Shown piece by piece: positions 48,479-62,776 of a stretch of DNA of 64,000 nucleotides; position 1 is the stretch's first letter, and every line of letters begins with the position of its first letter. The stretch is from contig JASANG010003752.1 of the NCBI GenBank assembly GCA_030248215.1, forward strand, positions 1 through 64,000. The letters run 5' to 3'. The DNA is from Enoplolaimus lenunculus. Its lineage: Eukaryota. Under the pieces are notes generated by a model. It saw only the letters and a list, made by a program, of their open reading frames with translations. It was not told where the DNA came from and did not search any database. A program made the translations under genes and the position numbers.

Positions 48479-50109
48479 AAAACTCAGGTATTAAGCGAGT
48501 CACATACACATCCTAAACAAAACGTAGGTAGCATAATATCTACTCAATTTTAACAGTTGGCACTCAACATATTTTCGAAATACATTGACACATATGATTT
48601 TAGAATGGCACTAGGGGCAGTTGTTAGTGGCTTTTTTTGCGTCATTCCTATATCGAAACACAGATCGAAGTATTACATTGAAACTATGCCAAACTTGGAT
48701 TACCAAATAAATATCATGCGTTGTTTTGATTTGCCCTGGTCATACGGGAACTGTATAATTCGATGTTAAAGAAAAAAATCTTATTTACTGCCCTTACTTC
48801 ACACATCAGTCCGTTTCCAGCCAGGAAAAAGTCACACTTCAACATGAAACAGCAATGAAATACCTTCTGCCATACGGTGTAGACTGAGGTATAGCGTAAG
48901 CTATACATACTCAATTCATCCATCAAACTTGGTACAAATTCATTGGACTTGAATAAACAATAAGTAGCATAGCAATAAAATAATAGTAATAAAATACAAG
49001 TTCAACGCAAATTGATTTGTTCTCAGTTTGAGCACACATAAATATACTGAATAAGTAAACGGACGCTGACGGACGAATAGGAGACAACAGTTTCTGTTTG
49101 TCAACTTTTTAAGTTTCTTCAAAGTGCTATTAACTAGCGATTCGAACAGTGTACAGATTTAAATATTTTATACTACAATTTGCAAAAAATACTTACTTCT
49201 GCCTGCTGCTGCGACTAATTCCGAGACCAATGATACGGATGAGGGCATGCGACTGTCTACTGAACTGTGAGATGTGACCAGTTGTAAGGTATTATTGAAG
49301 GGCGCCGCAGCTGATCCATGGATCGGAGGATGTATTGGCGGACGGGCAAACTTAGCACGCGAGAGACTGACGGCATGTTTAATATTTATGAATGAATTGC
49401 GACAATGAAGCAAATTGTTTTCAACTCGCATGACTAATCGGCATTAACAGGCCACGATCACGGAGCGACCGAATTTAGTTTTCCCCGATACCATAGCCGG
49501 ATAGTAAAATATTTTACCGGAACAGGAACCGGATGTTACCTGGATATGGCGTCTAAATTTGCACATTGTCGACGGTAATTCAGTTGTACAATAGTATTTG
49601 TCTACTAACATTAAATTACCTAATTTTTAGTTCGAATTTTTCATTTTAATTCAGACACATGGCAAATTTAATTGACAAATATCTGGTATACGGTACGTTA
49701 TGCCTGATACCGGAACCGGGCGACGATTTTTGTCGGATGTTAAACCGGAACCGGATATTCGGTCCATCCCTGGCCACCATGCACCCGGTGCCTCCACCCT
49801 AGTGAGTATAAGGGTGGTACCCGCGAAACAATTGGAGGCCAAAGCCCTGCAGTTATTCATATAAAAGTTGTGTTTTGTAAGCAACCGTAGCGAATAAACA
49901 ATTTATTTTTAAACTCAACCATCAATCAGACGATCCTGAAACAGTGCCTTTATCTTGTGCCTCCAGAAATTTCGTCTCGAAATTCCCAAACCCACGAACA
50001 AAGCCAACTAAGTTCGCTGTTGTTATTCTTGATTATATAAAGCTAACAGATTCCAAGAATCATTTAAAAACAAAGAAACACACAATAAATACATACAAAC
50101 ATAAATAAA

Positions 50110-52766
50110 TTACTCATTCCATTCAGTTTCATCAACGCCTTCGAAACCGTCTTGTTCCAACGTTTTTTGTTTCACAGCGGTTGTCATTGCATTCATACGC
50201 TGAAAATAAAAAATATTACAATGTTATTCGATCAAGTCCTGGCAATAAATACCCCCCCGCGCGCGCGCCAATTGATTCAGATTACCAGTTATACACTTCT
50301 CACATCATTCAAAATGAAACGCTTCAGGTTTAGACAGGTAAACTGTTTCTTCTTAAACCTAAGCCTAAAGTTATGGGGGTAGTGTACAACAGCCTACAAG
50401 TTTTCTTTGTTTCAGCCTTAACCAGTGTGGCAACAAATGATCGGATTCGGTTTCAGATTCGGTTCGATATTTCCAAATTAACATGAACACAATATGTTTC
50501 TTATGTTTCTATTGCTTGCCTAAGATTAGATTTGCTGAAATCGTAACGTCAAACAGCAACTATTTTAATTTTATGCAATATTTTCATCTAAAATGAATGG
50601 CTTTTTTACAGTCAAGGTTCAGATTCGGATTTGGAATGATTCGGAATCGATCGAATGGTAGGTTGCGAGCCATCCGAAACCTACACATCAGGGTGCAACC
50701 GGAATTCCGGTTCCGGCATTTTTTCACCTTCCGATTCCGGTTCCGGTAAATTTTTACCGGATCTAAAAATTCCGGTGTTATAATTTGGCCGTTTTCTTAA
50801 CTTTGCTAATTTTTAAGAATCTCTTTTGAAAGCCACTTGTACTCCGAATATAAGCCATTGATGGTGGATTTCACTTCAGTCGACGACGAAAATCTAAAAT
50901 ACAACAAATAAAATAAATACCTATGTTCGACTAAGGTTGTTTCACAAATAATAGAGCAAAAAAATACGATTAAAATGAAATTTTTGGTGAAATACAGTTT
51001 TCACTTTCCGGTTCCGGTTCCGGTAAAATTTTCAAATTCCGGTTCCGGTTCGGATAAATTGTAATTCCGGTTGCACCCTGCTACACATGTGACGAAGATT
51101 TAACGTTCCAGGAGCTGTAATCGAGCAGTAGCCGGAAATTCGGTCGGAAAATAATTGCCAGTGGAACCGTAAAAATTACGTATCTTCGACCGGTTAAAAC
51201 CCAGCCAGGAAAACTTTGTAATGTAAACGTTTGCTTGTCCAAGTATAAGCTTAGACAGATTTAATCTTAACGTCTAATGACTTTGGTTTAAGCTAAAGCC
51301 CTAATGCAATTGACGTTGGTTTATTTTCTGGCACTATTTAACACAAAAATACCAACAATAACATTAATCGATGTGTACATTTTGCAAAATTACTGCTAAT
51401 CACAAACGACAAAACCCCAGGGACATCGGAAAGAGTGGATGCCGTAATGTCCAGTTGAATTACATACGGTTTCGGACAGAATTAAATGATCAGTAATCGC
51501 GATTGCACCCGCCATCGCGGCCTTATTATCGAGTCGAGGCTACAGCGGCGGTTATCATCGCAGTTACGATGAGCCAATCAAATCGCGACTGCGAGCGATT
51601 ACGATCAATAAACGAGCAATTGCGATCAGAGCAGCAATTTAGAACGCGATTGTAGTTAATTCTATCCCTGGCTATGCCTGATACACAGACAAAACACACG
51701 CAATTCAACTCGAATTATAGTAAAAATATCAGAGTGTAAACGGATATTGAAGTTTGTAAATTTCAAATTGATTATATTTTTCTGCAGACACAATTGAGAC
51801 GTGCAAATGTTCATCGGTCTGTAAAATTTTGAAAAAAATGACGTATGCACTGAAATTTTTAAGATTAAGAATGAAAATCGTAATTTTGGTTTCAGCTCGA
51901 GCAATTGCAGCACATCTGTAATAAAAAAATTGCGAAAAATTTACATAATTTAAAGCAAATTTTGAACGTAAACATAAACGAATTTCCGGTATTTGCGTAA
52001 CGGAAACGAATACCGATTTTTACCGGAAACGAATATCCGGTTACACGATGAAAAATAAAAAGAAAAGATAGAAAATTGAATAGAAAATGAAAAATAACGG
52101 GAAACAACGTCACAAAGACCATACACGTATCCATGCAAGTTATGCATCTACAATTTACATGCAACCGAAAAAAAATTGTTAGTTTTTGAACCGTAACCAG
52201 TAAGCTGTTAGGGGGGGTGGTAACACGGATTTAACTTCTATGATATTTATACTTGTTCCTGTAGTTTCCCCCAATACTAAATATTAATTCGTTAGAGAGC
52301 ATAAGTTTATCGCTCGAGCCTCAGCCTATTTTATTAATCTAGTAATGTGTGAGGTTGACTTGTTTTTAGTTTGAAAATTAACCAAGAACTGGATACAAGA
52401 TGACCATTTGCTTGGACAATTCGTTTAAAATGAAACCATTTTTATGGCATTTTTAAATCTTCGACAATTATTAATATCACAGGTTTTCGATTTTCTGTTT
52501 TGTCCACGAACTTACCAACCTCTTCGCCAAAATGTGAAAAAAATAGTTTTCGCGCATTGAAATTTAGTAATTTTTGTATTTCTGTTTTGACTGACTTTGT
52601 TACTTATTTTTCTCACCTCAGTGCTTTCTGCATCTTGACTATTTTGCGTTTCTATAATCTGATCACAATCTACTGAAACTCCGTTAACCTTTTCGCACAC
52701 TTTCGAAACGTCGTCGCTGTTGTCATTGCTATCTTTATTGCTGTTATTATAATTGACATTATTGCA

Positions 52767-52808
<42 letters not shown>

Positions 52809-55800
52809 GTTGTTGTTGTTATTGTTGTTGTTGCTGCTGTTGTTATTGTTGTTGTCGGTGTCGTTGTCAATGCTACCCTGTGCATGCACATTATCGCTCG
52901 GACCGTTAACACTTGTATCAGAAAAGACTTCTGCTTCGTTCCAAACGCTGGCACCACACTCACCAACCGTGTTTGAATTCAAACTTTGCTTCGTGGTCAA
53001 AATTGAGCTATTTACCTCATCGCTTATGCTAACTGCTTGATCTTCGGGCACATAACAATTCGTAGTATCGGCAATCGTCGACGCGTCTTGTTGACCATCA
53101 TTCACACCGGAGTTGTCGTTCGTTTCTTGGACATCTTGAATACATATTTGACGGCCGTTCGTTGTCACAATTTGGTCAGTTGCCACTTCATTCCCATCAC
53201 CGCTGATTGTTGTTGCTACTGGTTCGACTACTTCAACCTGTTTGAAAAAATACCACCAAGATCGAACATGTTCCGACTGTTCAAATTTGGACCCATATTC
53301 TCAAATGTGCGTAGCAACCACTATCAACTGTTGACGATTGGCCTTATAACTTTCGAACCAGTGAACTTATTGTGAGGTGCAAAATTTAGCGATTTTTTTG
53401 CATTTGATTTGTGCTACTTCTGTGCAAACTTTGAGATAAGCAGTTGCACGAGTTCGTCAGCTTGAAAAAATATTGCTAATCGGTGACAGGTGCTATTGGT
53501 AGTTTTAAAGAATAATATGGTCGCCACTATTTTGAAAATAAAATGTAACGACACAGCTTCAAAAACAACGCGTGTTGTGTTTTGGTTCAACCCCGCTCAA
53601 TTTTTATGGAGTCAATCCAATGTATGCAAACAACCTCCAGGATATTCAGAACGAGTACACAGCATCATAGTTATTGACAAAATCGCATTAAATGTGAGGG
53701 AGCGAATATACCGTTGCATACTCTTGTCCATCCAGGTGGTTCATTTTGCACCCTTTACGTTAGTATCCGTTAACCAGTAGCCATCAAATATTAGAAATGC
53801 CACACAATGCATGCAAGCGTACAACGAAAAATTACAAACTAAAACTAAGCACAGTTTCAGTCACAAAGCACAAAATTATTCGATAAAATTTTGTAAAAGG
53901 CTTAGAAAAATTCATGCATTTTGCAAGAAACATACTGAAATAATCCTCTTTTTTGAACATCGATTAAAAATTCAAAATACGGTGGTACAGAAACAGATTT
54001 CGACAGATAAATAGCAGGTATCGACCGGATATTAATTCTACCGGATACCGGGGCCAGATGTTAACCGAATATAGGATCTAAATCTGTTCGCTGTTGGAAG
54101 CATTTGAATCGAGCAAAAAAACGCGTATTTACTGATTTAAAATTAATGGTCGCCTTGCATTTTTCATTTCAGGCCAGCATCCAGCAGGGTTCAACCAAAA
54201 TTCCTGTTCCTACTGAAATTCCTGCAGAAATTAATCTATGTTCTTGTTCCGACAGCGAAAGACTCAGAAATTATGGCATATTGTGAAGAATAAGATTAAT
54301 AATAAAAAATTACGTCTCAAAAATTTTGCTGAAACTCAAGTCCCTTGATGCACAACACTTGTTTTACATCTACAGAGTGAGAATATTAGTATTTGACGCA
54401 TGTTTTTGATGAACTTGGAAAACAGGTCAGTTCTTAAAACGCAAAACAGTCAATGAACAACATATAATTTGTTTAGAACTAAAGTCAGTACAGTAATTCG
54501 GTGGTGTAATAGATTCGCAACTTTGTCTCGGTTCCTGTTCCAGCTCCTTCTCGGTTCCTGTTCCAGTTCCTGCTTCCAGTGAAGTACAGTTCCTGCTGGA
54601 ACCGTGCTGTCTAGTCTTGACTTGTTCGGAAATGCATATCCAGTATCTGAGAGATTTATACTGGATCTGGATGCGGATGTCGGTTTTTGTCTGATATTAT
54701 GCCGGAACCAGATATCCGATCGATCCCTGATACATAGATAGATGTTAAGTGGAAGATAGTTACTAGAGTGTGCCAACTATAGAGATCGATCACATTGCCA
54801 TGTCCTGTTACATTTACAGTTGCGGGTAAGTATAGTCCTATAGTATTTTGTTAGAATAGAATGAACTTGAAAAGGAATGTTTTTCCAACAGCTAACTTCG
54901 AGGCCTTGTCTAGTATTCGAGACCTGTTACCTTAATGCCTTTTTTCCGCAAACCCGCATTTTTGCAACTTAACATAAAGTAGTGACTTCCTACGTCGGTC
55001 TCATTTGGGCATAATGAAAACGAGCCAACAGTTGGACTCTAGTAAAACAATTTTAGTCGACTAACTTTGGCATCGTTAATTTCACGAAGCACCGTTGTCT
55101 GCGACAGCCCTCCTTCTCCTGCCGCATATTGTGACTTTGGCTGCGTAGGAATCACAATTCGTTGTTGACCAGATTGACACAATGATTGCTCGATATTTTC
55201 ATCAGGATATACTAAAATGAAAGAAAGTAACTTGAATCGAGTTCATTCCAATCTGTTGCCATTGCCAAGCAAGCCAAACGCACACTTAGGGGGCGGTGTA
55301 ATTGCTGCGTGGATCGCAAGTCAAAATATTTTTATTTACAAATTATTACGCTATTATACGGCAATTCCGGTACCTAGTCATCATTATAATTGCAATTGCA
55401 CCAACGATAGCGTTGCATTAAATTTTCATGCATCCGAAACTGAATCGCGCACGAGCGTTGGAAAAATTAAACGCAGTTATAAAAGCTTGAAGGCAACCGT
55501 CGGTAAATGTAGTTAGAACTACTGCTGCGCATTTAATTCTATTCGTGACTGCAAGTCCTGATCTTTCTTTGCAACTCAGCTATTTAACGTACAAAGTTGC
55601 ATCCCATCCGGTCGGACATCAACAAACTCCGGTGGACGCATGCAACCAGAAAACCATTCATCGGATGTCATTATAGGACGCCAAGAAACATACGTCGGTG
55701 GATATAGATCGTTTTGGAACAAATCCAACTGAAACGCAATGACGAGCAAAATACCAAAAAAATACAACTGAACATTTTCTACACAAAAAAATTTATTCAC

Positions 55801-58800
55801 AACGCAGAATTTTACACAAACCATTTGAAAACGTTAATAAACATTTTGTCTGAAACGCAACATAAATTTTAAACTTAAATCCATATTGGAACCGGAACTA
55901 GAAATTTTGCGTAGAATATCAAGCATAAGGTATATTATATGACTTTCTTGTATATAGCAAGGATTCTGCTGTGGATTGCACCACGCCAATTACTCACCTA
56001 GCACAATAAGGTTATGTTTAAGCCTATTTGTCCCAGCATGCATTTAAAGCCGTTCAAATTTCGAAGGGCGGCGTTTCTATCTTGCGCTACAAAATTGAAA
56101 ATGTATCAAAAACTACTTTTACAACCGTACCAAAATGACCGTTAGAAACCTAAAACGATCCCCTGGCTACGCTTTTAGCAACTAACAATACATAGCAAAC
56201 TTATTCGAGAATATGACCCCAGACTAAAGACAAGACCATATGCTTCTAACCCTACAAACAGACAAAAGCATATCACCCCCACCTTTTTGCGTGGAACTTT
56301 GAACGTTACAGGCTCGACTTCGGTTGTACTGAGACGAAACGCGCGCGCAAACTCAACTTGAACAACGTTACATTCCGAACGAGGGAGAAACGAAAACGCC
56401 TGATGCCCGGTTGCAGAAGTGAAATTGGCCAAAGGAAGGAAAAACGGATCTTCGGCGATTAGCTCATACAAATATACAGTTCGATCGCCCTGATAAACAA
56501 ACAGAATCAAAATATACAAATAAACAAACATCCAGCCAAGCAAGCAAACAATCAAACAAAATACTTTACAAACAGAAAGAATGCAATGTTTCTGTCGCTA
56601 TTTTTGGTTTAGTTTATCCTGAACAAATTTAACTTTGCGGAACGCCCCACTCAAACAAAAAATAGCAGTTTATGATACGAAAACCAATATATTTTCCCAC
56701 GACGGTGTTGCAAATTTCCATCCATTTTAACTAAATACTATGAAAGAGATGGCTGAGCTGGGAAAGAGATGGCTGAGCTGGAAGTTAAAGCATCGTATTG
56801 CCAAAAACATGGAAATTGACGCTAAACAATTCAAAAAATTTCACTCACCTTTCCAGTAGCGAATATGACGTTAGAGTCGTAATCGTAATGAGGTATAAGC
56901 AACTGTGGATTTGAATCAATGATAACTGACTTGATTTCACTAAGCGAATTAGTCGCATCGACAACTTTTAGAACCCGTTCGGAGGCACTACAATTTAAAA
57001 CTGTACTTACGCTACGGTTAAACACGGAACAGAATAAATCTAAAAGAAGGCTTAACTGAATATTTCCTTCTACACCATGCAACAACAACTCAATATAACA
57101 CACTGTTAACATTATAAATGTCATCAATAAGGACATCATCTCAATTCAGAAGGATTGCAAAAATAAACTTCGACGGCGGAATTTTCAAAAAAATTTTGTT
57201 TCTTTTCCGTTTTTCTTAATATATTTATTAAAACACAAATGGCTATCAACACAGCAACTCGTGCTATACGTACGATAAACGTAACAGAACAACAATAAAT
57301 CCAATAAACCCATAGAAACAAAAACAAATAATTCAAAACACTTTACCGTCCGAAACATGATATGAGCAATTGTTGGTCACTGAGTACAAAAGTGATTCGC
57401 GCACCACGACATGATTCAATTACTTGAGCAGCAGGCTGAAATAATAATTACTGTAGTTTGAAATAGAATATTACATACTAGTAAACAAGCATTTTTCAGA
57501 CTTGCGGCGTAGTCCAGCGCCAGACGTAGGCGATGCTCGACAAGATTGACGCCTCTCTAAATCAATAGTGTTAAAGAAAACATTTTCTTCGCTGAACAGC
57601 CTTAATTGCAAAAGTAACCCGTGTACGCAACAAGAGGTTTCGGTATCTTGCGTATTGTGCGTCTTCTGTGTACACAAATAATTGTATCCAGGCTTTTCCA
57701 ACGAAACAACATACATAGGAATTAAATATTGCAGGATTTCCGGCCGGAACGAGAATTCTGATGGAAGTCTGCTGTCTCCCTCCGTTCCATTAACAAGTCA
57801 TGGATCCAAATAAATATAAGCGGCAAGCTTGTGCTCGTGACATTACACACTTTCAGTTTTATCAACAGTAGATGAAGTTCTTAAACAAAAGTATGCTTTT
57901 GGCTACATTCTGTGTACAAAATGCAATCCAATATTCAACGGAACAAAAACACAATACTCACCAGGCAGGGTTTTGGCGATTTACGAGGTTCATAAATCCT
58001 CAACAGTTTGTCTTTGGACACAGTTGCTAACCGCCGTCCATCACTGCTCCAAGTTGCAGCCAAAAGCTAAAAAAATTCAAAACAACGCAAAACATCTTAG
58101 ACCAATCTGCTATTCGTGCCAATAATTAATACTGACGGGCCAAAGCCGCCGGTAGTGCCGCTGATTGTGTGTTAAATTGACTGAAAAAACGCTTGTTTAC
58201 TTTAAAATAATCAAAGGTTAATTGCGGTCTCGGTCAGGCAAGCGAGACCAAAGGCCCAACCTTCCGAGACCTCTGTAAAAAGCTCATTCACTTTGCTTGT
58301 GATGTGCAATTTTATTTACTTTTATTTACTTTTTACTTCCACATGCCCACGCCTAAGCCGAAAAGTAAACCTAAACCTATGCCATCCATGTCATAATGTA
58401 GTAAAATAATCGCTTTGGGGAAACTTGAGACTTCTATTAAAACAGTCATAGTATTCAGAGAAGTACACAAGTACCTAATTTTTAGTGATTCACACATAGA
58501 CATTTAGTCCAAAATACGAGCAAAGCATTGCTGTGTCCTTTCATTAACTCAAACTAGCTCAGCTAATAGGAATTATTGTTTATAGCTTTTTCACCTCTTT
58601 GGTCTCGATTTGCAAAAGACCAAGATTCAACAAAAGTGAGACCGAGACCAACCGAATCCCAAGATTTGCCGACACCACCCATCCCTGCTTCGTGCAAATT
58701 TGATTTGTATATAAAAATGTACTTAGACAATTTTCTGTTCCCATAGGCCATTAGCAATCGGTTAAATTTTGAGTTAAATCATCTCGCAAAATAATGGCGG

Positions 58801-61800
58801 ATTTAGAATTTTTAACATGATGCTCTTTTAACAACAACAGCACTTGGAACCCCAACCCTGTGCGTACCAGGGTACAACCGGAGCCGAATATTCATCTGGT
58901 TCGGACAAAAAAATGAAATTAGGTTCCGGTATTTCCTGACATAAAGTCGATAATATTGCAGTGTGTGTACCTGTTGACCTTCGGTGTCGAGAACAATTTT
59001 GGTTTCAAGCGAATTCACATTAATAATTTTTGCTTCTCCGTCGCAAGCAACGCTCAACAGCACATCGGCCGCAATTGGATGAAATTTAATGAACGACACT
59101 TTGTCTGAGTGAGCTGAAAGCGACAAAAACAAGCGGATAATCCAACGAAATTAGCCTGAATAACCGCAACCAGATGCAACTATCGTTAAAAATATGTGCT
59201 ATTTTCAGTTGAAACAGGTGCACGCCTACCTAGGTGCATTGTCATAAATAAAGTTCATCTGAATACGTTTTTTCTGCGTAGAAAAATTTACCCAACAAAA
59301 CTTGCTCAGCGATGAGTCTCTTGCAGCTGCAATTTACACTGTCACAGCGCAAAAATCAAAACTTGCGAGTTCTTGCCGCAGCCTACTCACTGAATACACC
59401 ATTCTAAACCCTATTACTAAGACGGCTAGTCCGCATGAAATTCTGTCTTTTTTGCCAAGCTCAAAATACCAAAGATTATTTCGAGACCCCCGTCCACAAA
59501 AACGATACCTTGCAAACTATTATTCGGTTCCCGGATCGAAGTCACCACGCCACCATCTGGAATTTCCCACAAGTTAATACGACCGTCCAGACAACCTAAA
59601 ACACTCAACTAAATGTTTAATCATAAACCGATTTGAGTAACATGAAACTGACATAACAACGGTTGCGCTATACTCGCCGCGCGGCAGCGTATTAAAAATT
59701 GTTATAGCGCAACCCTTACTTAGTTGTACATTAAATACTATTATATATAACATACATACACATACACACAAAATCCCGTATATATATTAAAATAATGCTA
59801 AAAATCAATAAAAGCGATTGTGGTATAAGACAAACTGGTCGCAGTACCGGACTACTGGGTGACTTAAAAATAACAAACATATTATGGCTCTTGTACGTTT
59901 TCCCCAACCTAATTCTAAATCCCTATTCACACGTGCAAGTTTTTGCAGCAAAAACTTGCACGTGCAACTTGCATGTGCAAGTTTGGTCACAAAGCAGGCT
60001 TGAAGTTCTTGCAGCTGCAAATTATTCATTAGAATTCATGTGATTGAATTTAATTCGCACGTGTAAACGCCGACGCAAATCGCTCGAATTTTTTGCACTT
60101 CCATTTTCATTGGCCAATCAGAAGACATGTTGCTGAGCGCCTTTTGAATTAATTCAAATTTATTAAATTTATTCAAGAAGTGTGAATTAATTCAAATATC
60201 TAACTTGTTGGATATTTCACAACCAACGGCGAAAGTAATTGGACTAGTTTTAAATGTTTAAGCATTAAATTAAGATTGCATCGCGATGAAAACTTTTTCA
60301 AGTCAAGAAATTTCGAGTATAACCTTCTTTGCGCATGAATGTTTCTTACAACCGAAACTTGCAGCTGCAAGTTTTTTGAAAAATTCATTCGAAGAACTAG
60401 CAGCTGCAAGTTATTCATGATTAATATATGCGAAGAATTAATTCGTAGGTACGAATAATCCTGCATGTCGAATTCATTTATCATTCATTGGCTAAACTGA
60501 TAGATTACAGGTTATGTTTAATATTTATTGCAGTGGTCTGCAAATTATTCACATAAATTCATGTCAAGATTCAGAATGAAAGTTATGATTCCTTACAAAT
60601 ACTTGCAGCTGCAAATATTTTGTGCAAGTTGCAGCTGCAAATATTTTGTGCAAGTTGCAGCTGCAAATATTTTGTGCAAGTTACAGCAGCAAATATCTCG
60701 TGCAAGTTGCAACTGCAAGTTCTCGCAGCAAAAACTTGCACGTGTGAATAGGGTTTTAGCCAAAATCCTTGTCAAAGCCATTGCCTAAGCCCAAGCCTTA
60801 ATCCTAAATATGGAGGAAAAAGTATACAAAAATCAAAAATCACTATCAAACATACCAACCACAAGCCGACCAGGATAATGAGGGCTAAACTGCAGATCGC
60901 AAATTGCACTTTGATTCTCGAGTCCAACCAGAACACCATCAGGCAATTTACTAGGCTTCGACAACTAAAAAATAACAAAACCGTAGAAATTTTGTTAAAA
61001 TTTCTCGTTTTAACTGATAGCCAATTACTATAAAATTGGCGTTTAATTCAAAAAATCTTACTTAAGTATTTATGCACTTAAGTTATACTAAATTAATTAC
61101 TTAACTCGCCGGCTTAAGTACGTACTTAAATTTTCAAGCAAAAACCAACAAATGTCAACTGTGAGCCTTGTCCATAATAAAAGTAATAGTTTGCTTTATA
61201 TTAAAGAGGCATCATGAGCTTACAATTTCAATTACGCCAAAATTAGTACGCCTGACTGGTTAATTTGCAATACGTATATTCAATCTAGTCTGCGACTTAA
61301 GTGTATACTTAATTTAGTACGTGTTTTAAAAGCGACAAAATGGTTGAATACTAATACTTGACACGAACTTAAGTACTTAGCTGTACTTAAATACGGTTTC
61401 GGAAACCCAGCCAATATATAGTAGGTTTTTAAACTACCGAACCAAACTGCAATGTACTATATACAGTACACATTTGGCAATACGGTCCTATATGTCAACA
61501 AATTTTCCTTGATATTTAACCACGTGAGCGAAAGAAAACACAAACAACTTACATCAAGAATTACAATTAATCCTTGCGTTCCCGAAATTGAAACCGCAGC
61601 CCATCGCGAACTCGCAGCGAATCCAGAGCCTTCGACCGCGACACGAGTGTTCACATTGCGGATATTAGTGAATTTCGTTCCTTTGCCACCCACAGTTCCC
61701 AACGCGTGCCGAAATTTCGATGTCTTGATGCCTACAAATACAATAATTGAACATGTATAAAATTAAAAATCTATAAACTTTGCATTGTCAATATTGTTGA

Positions 61801-62199
61801 CCAGCCAACGATTTCAACAAGCAGCCACCCACATCCGAAAGTGGAATCAAATTACAGGATTAAACAGAGACGTTGTATTGATTAATTTTGGCAATTTTGA
61901 AAATTTCCACAATTTAAAACTTGAGTTACAAAACAAGCTCATCGAAATAGCTCAAATTTTATATTGCAAAAAACATCGAAAATCTTCACTACCAAAATTG
62001 CTCGAACTTCCGGGGTAAAAATTCGACCGGAGCCTACTAAAGCCAGAGGTTGATTTTCGACCGGAATCGTCTAGTTATAACCTGGTATTTTCATATTGGA
62101 ATACAGCTTCAAAACAATCGAGTTTGAACAAACAAATCGAATTAAAGCCACATTTCAAACGACCCGCTTACCTAATATATTGACACCAAAATTAACCAT
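50110..62199 (-). CDS. CORO7: Coronin-7/POD-1-like protein; only the second coronin unit plus acidic tail is visible
   Basis: Exons 62199-62172, 61731-61553, 60964-60856, 59595-59509, 59113-58971, 58066-57962, 57435-57347, 56987-56849, 56489-56283, 55728-55593, 55211-55066, 53237-52617, 50199-50110, in phase. Motifs SKFRH, PSKLPD, FHP.AADVL, RGAR, ATGKGDR, FKVPR, FQNDLYPPT, C-terminal QDGFEGVDETEW. Confidence 0.9.
50689..51080. mobile_element. hAT-type MITE family A, copy 4
   Basis: Perfect TSD CTACACAT. Confidence 0.93.
52767..52855 (-). repeat. (AAT/AAC)n tract encoding polyAsn in the coronin linker exon
   Basis: Direct reading. Confidence 0.9.
59918..60756. mobile_element. MITE family H (PIF/Harbinger-like TIR)
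   Basis: CCCTATTCACACGTGCAAGTTTTTGC..GCAAAAACTTGCACGTGTGAATAGGG, with internal TTGCAGCTGCAA repeats. Confidence 0.8.
61038..61412. mobile_element. MITE family B
   Basis: Homologous to 32109-32478; left end degenerate. Confidence 0.7.
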
Positions 62200-62328
62200 T
62201 GCAGCGTTTTAAAATCACTACATACATATATCGCTACTAAAATTTTAATTCTATCCAGAGACAGGCGATACAGGGTTTATAAGCCCGGCGGGGTGGCTCC
62301 CAAAAACGTCTTAACTTCGCCCGAACGC

Positions 62329-62776
62329 GACTGCTAATTCGATAGAAACTGTCGGCGGAGGTACGGAATATCAACCCCCTAGGAATATTATGAAAAACAG
62401 TTTATTTAATAGATTTCGACGCGCTGAGTCCAGCGGTACCATTTTTAAGGCCGCAGGGCCGTCAGTTCAAAAGATATGGCCATTTGAAATTCAACTTTTC
62501 ACTATATAAACATATACAAACGCTAACCAAATTTGTATAACGAATAAACTTAGTAAAGCTTTACTTATACTTTACGAACATGTGAATGATAGACAGTTTA
62601 TCTTCGAATCTGTGTGTATTTGGACTATAATTTCGCTGGCTTTAACTCTTGAACCGTTGGTCATTCTGCCACAAATGTGGTACCGTTGAATTCAGCTCGT
62701 CGAGATGTATACGATGGACCACTTTTTATCAAAATCCTAGTGGGGTCTAGATTGCGTACTCCCGGCGAAACTGTTC
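62329..62776. mobile_element. Degenerate long-IR element
   Basis: CCTAGGAAT..TCGACGCGCTGAGT..CGGTACCA mirrored by TGGTACCG..TTCAGCTCGTCGA..ATCCTAG. Boundaries approximate. Confidence 0.55.

Noticed and set aside
53712..54967. Extra coronin exons at ~54931-54967 and ~53712-53752
   Set aside because: Phases do not fit, or they introduce stops; 55066 joins 53237 cleanly in phase 0.
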